A DNA stretch of 64,000 nt from Octopus vulgaris (Eukaryota): positions 100,130,001 to 100,194,000 of the forward strand of contig OX597821.1 in the NCBI GenBank assembly GCA_951406725.2. Direction: 5' to 3'. The translations under genes and the position numbers were made by a program. Under the pieces are notes generated by a model. The model was given only the letters and a program-made list of their open reading frames with translations. It did not search any database and was not told where the DNA came from. This document shows, piece by piece, positions 53,241 to 64,000 of this stretch. How positions within the stretch are numbered: position 1 is the first letter of the stretch; every line of letters starts with the position of its first letter.

Positions 53241-54078
53241 TATTCAGTATTATTAGCAGTCGAATTAGTTGCAGTAATAGTGTAACACCGCAATGTGTTA
53301 GTAAAATTCGCAAACTTATGCAGGAGCAAAAATATCAATAGCAAAATGCAAAAAAGCAAAACAAAACAAAACAAAAAAAATGTTTATATCAACATTGATG
53401 CCAGGAATAACAAGGCATATTTATTTGTGAAAAAAAAACAAAAATGAAAAGAAAAAGAATTAAAAGAACAGTAACAACTACAAGTACAGAAGCAACAGGA
53501 TAATGGTTGAAAAATTTGCTCTGAAGCAAACAAAGGAGCTATGAAAAAACAGTTTTTATAAAGAAGGAACTGGAAAGAAATTCTGTTGAAATTCGTTGAA
53601 GTTGAATATATTTATAGCAAGAAGTATCCTATGTCCTATTGTAGACAATTCCCCTGCGTTTCATTTCAATATATTTATTTTATATTTATATAAGTAAAAT
53701 GCGTACGTTTGTTGGTGTGTGTATTAATAAGTACTCACACCACACAAATATATGCAGAATGCTACACACACACACACACACGTACATGTAGAAATGCTTC
53801 TTTTACATATATTTCAACTTTTTTTTTTCCTAATGAACGATTGTTGTGTGTGTACACTCATAAGCACACAAACATATATACACACACACACACTCACTCA
53901 CCCACACACACACACACTCACACATACACAAACACACAAACTCACGCAAAACACACACGCATACATATTCATACATAGTCAATGTTATGATTATTTCAAT
54001 CTTTCTTGAATTTTTCTATTTAACTGACTTGCCACTATTTGTACTTTCCGGTCTGCTGTCTGTCCTTCCCTCCCTACA

Positions 54079-54132
<54 letters not shown>

Positions 54133-54184
54133 TATATGTATGTATGTATGCATGTAGGTACGTACTGATACACACACACACACA

Positions 54185-54221
<37 letters not shown>

Positions 54222-54383
54222 TCACGAACTTTTATGCATACATGTTTGTTTCCGAAGTGTTTGAGCAAGAAGGTATATTTAAAATAAAAAAAAAACCCAC
54301 CTGAACGAGAAAGAGGGAGAAAGAAAGAGAGATGGGGTAGAGAAAGAGAAGGAAAACGAGAGGGATTGACAGTAAGAAAGAAA

Positions 54384-54414
<31 letters not shown>

Positions 54415-54479
54415 CAATTATGAGAGTGGATGTTTTGCGAATGTATGTGTGTGTTGTACGCATGTTTATATGCGATGTG

Positions 54480-54563
<84 letters not shown>

Positions 54564-54827
54564 CCTGTCTATCTACCTGTCTACTATTCTTTGTGTGGCT
54601 GTCTGTGTGTCTGCATATATATATGTATATCACTGTCATGGCGAAATATCGGTATCTACCACTCTTGGTTCGATCCGAAGAGATTACTCTCTCTTGGTCC
54701 ATGACTTCCAGGTATCTTAACACCGAGCGTTATTAGGAAGTTTTCCTTATGCTCTGCAGCAAAACGGCGAATAAACAGAACGCAATACAATGTGTATGTG
54801 CAAAGATATATATATATATATATATCT

Positions 54828-55022
54828 TCTGGTGTGTATCGTTGCGATTTTCTTTCTCCGACTTCTTTGGATTTTTCTTGTTTTCTATATTTATGACGAA
54901 GAGCTCCGCTCAAAACTTGAAATCCAACTCTTTTCCTTCCTTTCCTGAGCGTCCAATGACACTGCACTTATTCCACGTTCTCGCGTTTCTGTGTTTTCTC
55001 TTTGTTCATGTTTGTATTAACT
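54828..55022 (+). mobile_element. Second copy of the 18505-18722 element with a decayed hammerhead
   Basis: ATGACGAAGAGCTCCGCTCAAAAC versus CTGACGAAGAGCTCCGCTCGAAAC. Confidence 0.75.
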
Positions 55023-55083
55023 ATATATATATATAAATATATGGAATCAACAAGAAGGGGTACAGATGAACATTTATTTGCAG

Positions 55084-55184
55084 TTACTACAATTGTTTCT
55101 ACTCGACGTAGTTGTCCAGGTTCGCAGATATTTGGTTATGCAATTACTTCCCTGCATTATCGTATGTTGTGCTTCATCAGGTAA
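55084..55184 (-). ncRNA. Hammerhead-like motif with long stem II insert
   Basis: TTAC-CTGATGA-(~75 nt)-GAAAC-AATT-GTA-GTAA; base of stem II pairs poorly. Confidence 0.55.
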
Positions 55185-55474
55185 TATATAAATAGCGTTT
55201 CTGTGTTCCGTAAACTAAAATTCTCGATTTCGAGCGCATCCTTTCTTTCTGTCATGGCATGCGAGTTATTGGTAGCTATTCAGTGTATCTTTGATACACA
55301 TTCAAATATCCATTCACACATTATAGAAGCCCCAACGCAGAAAGTATTGGTGGATAGCACAGAGTGAAATCTGAAGATTGGACGAACTTAATACTGTACT
55401 CTACTATGTTCTTAAGAGAGAATATAAACTAACCAACTATATATATATACATATATATATATGTGTGTGTGTTA

Positions 55475-55513
<39 letters not shown>

Positions 55514-55527
55514 TATATATACGTATA

Positions 55528-56330
55528 GGCGCATGAGTGGCTGTTTGGAGTAAGAAGCTTGCTTCCCAACGACATGGTTCCGGGTTCAGTCCCACTGCGT
55601 GGTACCATGGACAAGTGTCTTCTACTATAGCCTCTGGCCGACCAATGCCTTGTGAGTGGATTTTGTAGACGGAAACTGAAAAAAGGCCGTCGTATATATG
55701 TATATACGTATATATATATATGTATGTATTTGTTATTTGTGTCTGTGTTTTCCCCACCATCGTTTGACAACCTATGTTGGTGTATTTACATCTCCGTAAC
55801 TTAGAGGTTCGGTAAAAGTACAAGGCTTACAAAGAATGAGTCCAGGGGTCAATTTGCTAGGCTGAAGGCGGTACTCCAGCATGATCGCAGTCAACTGAAA
55901 AAAGTAAAAGTAATATATATTTATTGCTTTATTCTTTTATGTGTTTCAGTCATTTGACTGCGGCTATGCTGGATCACCGCTTGTAGTCGAACAAATCGCA
56001 CCCAGGACTTATAATTTGTAAGCCTAATACTTATTGTATCGGTCCTTTTGCCGAACAGCTAGGTTACGGGGACGTAAACACACCAGCATCGGTGGTCAGC
56101 GATGGGGAGGAGGGGCAAACATAGAAGCATAAACACACACATACATACATACATACATATATAGCTATCTATATACGACGGGCTTCTTTCAGTTTCCCTC
56201 CACCAAATCCACTCACAAGGCTTTGGTCGGCCCGAGGCTATAGTAGAAGACTCTTGCCCAAGTTGCCACGCAGTGGGACTGAACACGGAACAATGTGGTT
56301 GGTAAGCAAGGTACTTATCACACAGCCACA
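55528..56330. mobile_element. Tail-to-tail pair of SINE A copies (55528-55910 plus, 55925-56330 minus)
   Basis: Two near full-length copies in opposite orientation with a ~15-nt spacer. Confidence 0.85.
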
Positions 56331-56368
56331 TATATTTAACAACTTTGTATGCGTATCTATCTATCTTT

Positions 56369-56406
<38 letters not shown>

Positions 56407-56470
56407 TTATATATATATATATATGTATAAATGCCTAAATGTATAAATACCAGAACTTATTTTGACAGCA

Positions 56471-56521
56471 AGCTTCCTGATGATTTCATTTGAATGAAAC
56501 AGTTCTAGTCCTGTAGAAGCT
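56471..56521 (+). ncRNA. Compact type I hammerhead ribozyme
   Basis: AGCTTC-CTGATGA-TTTCATTTGAAT-GAAA-CAG-TTCTAGTC-CTG-TA-GAAGCT. Confidence 0.7.
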
Positions 56522-56537
56522 CCTTCTATAAAATAAA

Positions 56538-56576
<39 letters not shown>

Positions 56577-56732
56577 TGCATATACCAAGTTGCATGAACC
56601 TTGATGATTGTGTATCTGTAAATGCGCGTGTATGTATATAATATATATAATATATATAATATATATATATATTATATACATTATTATATATTACATTATA
56701 TATATTATATACATTATTATATATTATGCACA

Positions 56733-56952
56733 AAGTAGATGTAGCGGTTTTTAAATCAAAGCTGGACATCTTCCTGTCAAGAGTCCCAGATGAACCTACC
56801 TCACGGGAAGAGGTGCAAATGAGAGTAGCTGTATCAAACTCCATTCTACACCAAGTGTCACATATTAGACAAGGTTCGTCGTAATAACAGTGTAGCACAA
56901 AACGGCGGTGCATCAGCATGGCCGCAGCTCTGAGCTGAAACTAGAAAAAAAA
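56733..56952 (+). mobile_element. 3' end of a CR1/L2-like LINE
   Basis: VDVAVFKSKLDIFLSRVPDEPTSREEVQMRVAVSNSILHQ, then tail GGCGGTGCATCAGCATGGCCGCAGCTCTGAGCTGAAAC and an A-run. Confidence 0.7.
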
Positions 56953-57157
56953 ATATACACATACACACACACCCACATATATATACATACACACATATAT
57001 CTATATATATATATACACATACATATATATATAGACACATGTATACAAAATAATTTATGTATGTATGTGTGAGTGTGTTTGTATATATATATATATATAT
57101 ACATACACAAACACTCACTCACACATACATACATACATACATATATATATTTTTTCG

Positions 57158-57200
<43 letters not shown>

Positions 57201-57215
57201 ATATATATGTGTGTG

Positions 57216-57246
<31 letters not shown>

Positions 57247-57659
57247 GTGCGTGTGTGTATGTGTTTGTGTATATATAATATACATACACATGCATGAACA
57301 AGCTTACGCACTCACGCGCACTTACACATACAGAATAAATAAATATATATATATACACATTTACATACACACGCCTCCACACGCACACAGAAATGCTTAT
57401 ATTAATGGCGGGAATATAAAATCAACATGTATATAAAAATATCTTTCTTTCTGATCTTTCCATTCTTTCCCTTCTATTTCGCTAATATGGTAGATTTTTA
57501 CGTTTTTGTTCCTAAATTGTGTTTATTCATTCATTCTTACGCACAGACAAATATTTATTGAAAGTTTTTTTCTTTGTCTTTTCAGTTAATTCACCGATTT
57601 TCATTCACCGTGTTTATAAATATCAGTTAGTTTACACACATACACACACATATATATAT

Positions 57660-57881
57660 AGGGAGAATTCACAAAAAAACCAAAAAAAAAAACCAAGACA
57701 AAGACAGGTGGTGTAGACAACAAACAGATGTATTAGTTTAACGCTCGGGAAGTGAAAAAGTCTTTAACATTTCGAGCGTACGCTCTTCCACAGAAAAGAA
57801 CACAGAAAAAAATGAGAGAAAATAAAGAATGTGCAGTAGCTAGCGATCTATCATGGCGAATATATATATAAATATACACAC

Positions 57882-57950
<69 letters not shown>

Positions 57951-58352
57951 CGCCAGGCTTCTTTCAGTTTCAGTCTATCAAATCCACTCATAAGGATTTG
58001 GTCGGCCCGACGCTATAGAAGACACTTGCCCAAGATGCCATCCAGTGGTACTGAACCCAGGACCATTGGATTGAGAAGCAAGATTCTTACCATACAGCAA
58101 CAGACACATACACACATACACACACACGCACACACACACACACACACAAGTTGCCATGATTGATCGCTAAATCCATAATTTTTTTTTTTTAAAATTCTCT
58201 CTTTGTTTATTTTCTCTTATTCCTTTATGTTGAAGAGCGTAGGCTCGAAACATAAAAAAAACATTTCACTTTTCCGAGTGTCAAATTAATGCACCTGCTC
58301 GTTGTTCATACACCCGTCCTCGTCTTTTGTTTTTCTGTAAATTTCAACTATG
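57660..58352. mobile_element. Inverted pair of PLE-like ~200-bp elements with degenerate hammerheads, SINE A piece between them
   Basis: 57660-57860 and 58150-58352 are diverged reverse complements; cores CTGTGGAAGAGCGTACGCTCGAAAT and ATGTTGAAGAGCGTAGGCTCGAAAC. Confidence 0.6.
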
Positions 58353-59159
58353 AAATTTACAGGGATGTAAGCAAATCAACAGCGCTTGACAAATGATACT
58401 GGTTTGTTTACGTCACCGTAGCTTACCAGTTTCGAAACTACTAAAAAGTTCGATAGAATAAAATACCAGACCACATAAAGAATAATACTGGATTCGATTT
58501 GTTCGACGAAACCCTTGAATGCGGTGCTTCAGCATGGCCGCAATCTAATGACTGAAACAAGTTAAACGTAAAAGATAAAAGCTACCAAATGGATTAGTCT
58601 TGAGTGCTACACTGAGTAGATCTGTACATCACACATGAAATATCGCTGAATTTTCAAAGAAAAAAACACGATTGAATAAAATTCCGCTTTTTAGAACAAT
58701 CCTGCACAATTTGTTTGTAGATTTCATGGTTTTAATCGATTTAAAACTATGGATTTTTATTTTCAGTTTAAAACCTCTAGGCACGCTTCGGGTGTTCTAA
58801 GATTTTCAGTACAACACACACAATAAAATAACCGGGGGGAGCGCACAAGAAAATAGCGAAAATGAATTAACTTCAGTTATATTTGTTTATGTTTTATTGA
58901 AACAGTTGGTTACTTTTGGAAGCTAGAATAATGTAATTCTGTTAAAACTTGGTATAAAATGTATAACTGAATTATTAATGTATGTAAAACTCGGTGGAAA
59001 ATTTTAAGAATTTATGCACTGAATTTGCATATTTGAAATTTAAATATATAATTAGTAAATTTGTATGTTTATATAGAATTGGTTAGCCTGGCATAAGTAA
59101 CTAGCGTACCAAATTTAAACTTGAGGCATTTCATTCACACACACACACTCTTTCTCTCC

Positions 59160-59200
<41 letters not shown>

Positions 59201-59646
59201 GCACATATACACAGTTTATATTGATTGGGTGAAGTTAAAGAATTTTACAGCGATCTATATTCTTGTATATTTCCGGGTATATATTTTCTATAAAAACGAG
59301 CATTTCTAGAGTCTCTTGTGTATATACGCAACAAATTATCTACTTGAATTCTTTAAGAAATGAAATTGAATTATTTGATATCTAATGAGATTTTATCAGC
59401 CAGTTTATAAAACAAGGGTTTAAATATGCGCAACTTTGAATTAAAAAAAAATCAACCCAAAATACGCAAAATAAAAGGGTGCCTTTTTGCAGCCAAATTA
59501 TATATCCTGCTAGCTTTCAATTTATATTAACAGAATTTTATATTTTGACAGCTTAAGAATATGTGCCACCATATTCTTTTTTTTTAACCAAGTGAAATTC
59601 GTTGCGAAGCTCTTGAAAATGTGACTGGTTTCGTACATCTTATATA

Positions 59647-60204
59647 TTGGGTTGTCCGGAAAGTTTGTGCCGATTTTTAAAGGAAAGAAAAAGGTCAATA
59701 AATACTTGCCATTACATTTTTAATCAACCAAATATGAACCATTTTGTTGCACAATGGGTCTCCATCTTTCCTTTAACTTGAAAATACTCTCTTCCTAGAA
59801 TTGAGGTGATTTCATGGCAATGAATTCATCACGGTATCTTTTTACGTAATCCAAAGAATTGAAATTTTTACCATTAAGACTATTCTGCAGAGACCCGAAT
59901 AAGTGGAAACCCGAAGGAGCAATACCTGGTGAATATGGAGGGTGGGGGTAACACATCCAAGCCGAGCTCAGGCAATTTTTGTCTGGTTCCCAAAGCATCA
60001 AGTGCCGAAAATGAACTTCCATTTTAAAAGGTTACAGAATTAACACAGGTTATAGGAACATAAACCTTCTTCCATTAAAAGATAGCTTAAACTGTGCTCT
60101 AAATGGAGGTATAGTCAAATCCTATTTTATGGACTCAACCATGTTCTAAAATAAGTCGAAAGGTAAGCTACTATAAATTGGCATTAAATTTCCGGACAAC
60201 CCAA
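59647..60204 (-). mobile_element. Internally deleted mariner element
   Basis: TA|TTGGGTTGTCCGGAAA ... TTTCCGGACAACCCAA|TA; encodes HPPYSPGIAPSGFHLFGSLQNSL, matching HPPYSPDLAPSDYHLF. Confidence 0.9.
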
Positions 60205-60415
60205 TATTTACTTTTTAGATGATCTATAACTACTCCGTAGGTTCGAAAGTAATTGCATAAAATATCAAATGGAATTATGATAAAACTGTGTCTAATGATA
60301 AAACTAAGCAATGTATTTCGTTCAGTAACACCATAATAATATTCAATGAGGGACAGGCAGCGAACTTGTAAAATCATTTTACCCCCAGGTAAAACGCCTA
60401 ACGGTATTTCCTTTA

Positions 60416-60645
60416 GGCGGCGAGCTGGCAGAATCGTTAGCACGCCGGGCGAAATGCTTAGAGGTATTTCGTTACGTTCTGAGTTCAAATCCCGCCGAGG
60501 TCGACTTTGCCTTTCATCCTTTCGGGGTCGATTAAATAAGTACCAGTTACGCACTGGGGTCGATATAATCGACTTAATCCGCTTGTCTGTCCTTGTTTGT
60601 CCTCTCTGTTTAGCCCCTTGTGGCTAGTAAAGAAATAGGTATTTC
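60416..60645 (+). mobile_element. SINE family B
   Basis: Near-identical to 3868-4101. Confidence 0.88.
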
Positions 60646-61048
60646 CTTTGGGTTTTTACTTTCTGGGTTCAAATTCTGACAAGGTTAGCTTTAACGTTTA
60701 TTGGGCACTAGAGTCGATTACATAGACTAACCTCTCCGACTAATAATGTTGGATTTGTACCAAAATTAAGAACCATTATTTAACGATGGGATTACAAATC
60801 CAAGTCCATCAATTGTTTTATTCTTTAAGTGACTTCAAATACCGGGCTCAGTCACAATAAGATTAACAACATTAGGAAAACCCCACCAAATTCTTGCAAT
60901 TTCAGATTCTATTATCACAGTTTCCTGAAAAATATAAGTGGTGTGCAAGGGCTACAGTAGAAAACATCTGTCCAAGGTACCATCCTACCACCCAACCATA
61001 TGATTTTGTACACACACATATATATATGTATATATGTATATATATGTG

Positions 61049-61109
<61 letters not shown>

Positions 61110-61110
<1 letters not shown>

Positions 61111-61270
61111 TACGACGGGCCTCTTTCAATTTCCGTCTACCAAATCCACTCACAAGGTTTTGGTCGGCCAGGGGCTATTGTAGAAGACACTTCCCCAAGG
61201 TGCCACACAGTGGGACTGAACCCAGAACCATGTGGTTCGTAAGTAACCTACATACCACACAGCCACTCCT
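61110..61270 (-). mobile_element. SINE family A, 5' half
   Basis: Reverse complement of family A head and core. Confidence 0.8.
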
Positions 61271-61819
61271 AATATATATATATACATGCATATATATATG
61301 TATATATATACATATATATATGTGTGTATGTATGCTTTTAATTATGTAATACAGCTATCAATCAATCAGGTTACACTCACACACATAAAAGCAATATGAC
61401 TTGAATTTTCTGAATGACAATTTTATCAAAATATATGAAAATTCAGGTAAAACAAAAGTCACTTAGAACATCTTGTCATATATGGAACATAATTCAATTT
61501 ATCAGGTACACAGCATTGCAGGTAGTAGTTTAATTATGGCTCTCACATGAATCCCATTTGCGCTGACATGACTAAATTAAACTTAATAAATTAAACTAAA
61601 TTGAACGTGAATTTAACATACATATATTTATTCGTGCCTATATACATGCGCACATACCGACACACTGGGATAGGCCCATATTTTTGCATCCAAGTATTTA
61701 TACGGGTATACACACATATACATGTTCACAATACACACACACACACACACACATATATATACAAACATAAATATGCAGGGATGAATAAATGTATACGTAT
61801 ATGTAAATATGTATTTAAA

Positions 61820-62260
<441 letters not shown>

Positions 62261-62366
62261 CACATGCACACACACACGCACATACATATAAAAGAGTCAA
62301 TAAACTTCCGTTTCCCCATGTTGCTTTTAAGCTTTCACTTCACATACATACATATATAAATATATA

Positions 62367-62425
<59 letters not shown>

Positions 62426-62854
62426 GTTTGCATATGTGTGTGTGTGTCTACGTATGTATTGATATATGTATGTGTGTGAGGCGAAAGCTTAAAAGCAAGA
62501 TGGAGGTAAAGGAAGATTATTGGCTCTTCCAGAAATAAAGGAAACTGAATGCAAAGTATTATGTAATGATATTACCGCGTACGCCAAAAATATTCACAAA
62601 ATTTAAATAGTAGTAAATTGACCACACATACACACATACATAATCATGCACACATAGCCATACATGCATACATACATACATACATACATACATACATACA
62701 TACATGCATACATATCCAAACCTCTTTACCAAATAAAGCTTATACGCTGATATTCACAACAGATTTATATGCTGTATACGCAGTCATATGATGGCACATT
62801 TTGAGATTCTTCCGTTTCATTAGAACCTGTCGCTATTCTTTTTAATACAACCAC

Positions 62855-62906
<52 letters not shown>

Positions 62907-63381
62907 GTGTGCATGAATGCATCTATGTATACATGCATGTATGTATATATCTATGTATGTATGTATGTATGTATGTATGTATGTATGTATGTATGTATAT
63001 ATGTTAGAAATGAATGCTTAATAGTTATTCCCATTTACTGTAATACGTTGAAAGTATCCTCTTTGCGTGACAATACGCTCTCAGGCAAATGAGATAACAA
63101 TACATAATAATGAATCCTGCAGTTTCATATTCTTGAAGTTTCCTACAAAGAAATCGCAAAATTTTCGTTGACAAAAATACAAGTAAGCCGATAGATTCAA
63201 AATTATGTTCTTTTGTCATTTATGTTTTTGGGTTTTTTTGTTTTTAGTTTTGCTATGGAATAACTTTCGTATCTAATTGAGAATTTAGGAGAAATTTAAA
63301 TAAAGCCTTGTTAGGGTGACATGGCTTATTTTAAGGAAAATATATTACTGAATATGCGGAGATTTGGAGAAAAATCTTTTG

Positions 63382-63435
<54 letters not shown>

Positions 63436-63828
63436 TTGTGATGCGTGTTGAATTGACAACTATAGATTCGAGAAGTTTCCCCGTCAGTTTTTGACAAATG
63501 ATTCGGGAAAAGGATAAGTATATGTAGAAATATGAACCTCGAGTTATAGAAATCACTAATTCCGAAAAATAAATAAATAAATAAAAATAAGCAAAACAAA
63601 TATAATGAAATGAAATACGAGAATACAAAATTTCTGCGTTTTTCTTCTGTTATTACAAACTTTGGATGGAATTTCTCTTTTGCTAAGCTGAATAATCTTC
63701 CAATAATGCCGGTCTATTTTCTTTCGTAAAAGGTTATATGAATTCTATCATTCTTTATATATACGATAAGGAGCAGTATTTTAGTGTTCCACATTTTTTG
63801 TAAAAGTATGTATGTATGTATGTTTGTA

Positions 63829-63864
<36 letters not shown>

Positions 63865-64000
63865 TGTATGTATGTATGTATGTATGTATGTATGTATGTA
63901 TGTATGTATGCATGTATGTATGTATGTATGCAGGTATGTATATTTTGTCTTATGTATGTCTTCTCATGCATATACTTGCATATCTAGACATGCTCGTATA

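Overview
AT-rich, repeat-dense eukaryotic DNA, probably an octopus genome judging from the SINE families and (TA)n/(CA)n density (inference). Most of the window is intronic sequence of one minus-strand gene for a Cys-loop ligand-gated ion channel of the GABA-A receptor type. Two small coding exons about 20 kb apart (42871-42902 and 22901-23019) splice in frame to MKQTPVHLLLILFVYVEVQC-HKHVRRQNKMSRVLDKMLEGYDKRLRPGFGG, a signal peptide plus the conserved N-terminal helix. The rest is mobile DNA: a full-length decayed Chapaev3 transposon; hAT, Tc1 and mariner remnants; Helitrons; a Merlin-like MITE family with 8-bp TSDs carrying (TTAGGG)n; three tRNA-derived SINE families; and Tx1/L1-like, R4/Dong and CR1/L2-like LINE fragments. 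The most notable signal is a set of at least nine type I hammerhead ribozyme motifs, found by eye. They sit in small, mostly fold-back, Penelope-like elements of several sequence families inserted in (TA)n tracts, and several are in the sense orientation of the receptor pre-mRNA. Almost all ORFs in the supplied track are microsatellite or SINE artefacts.
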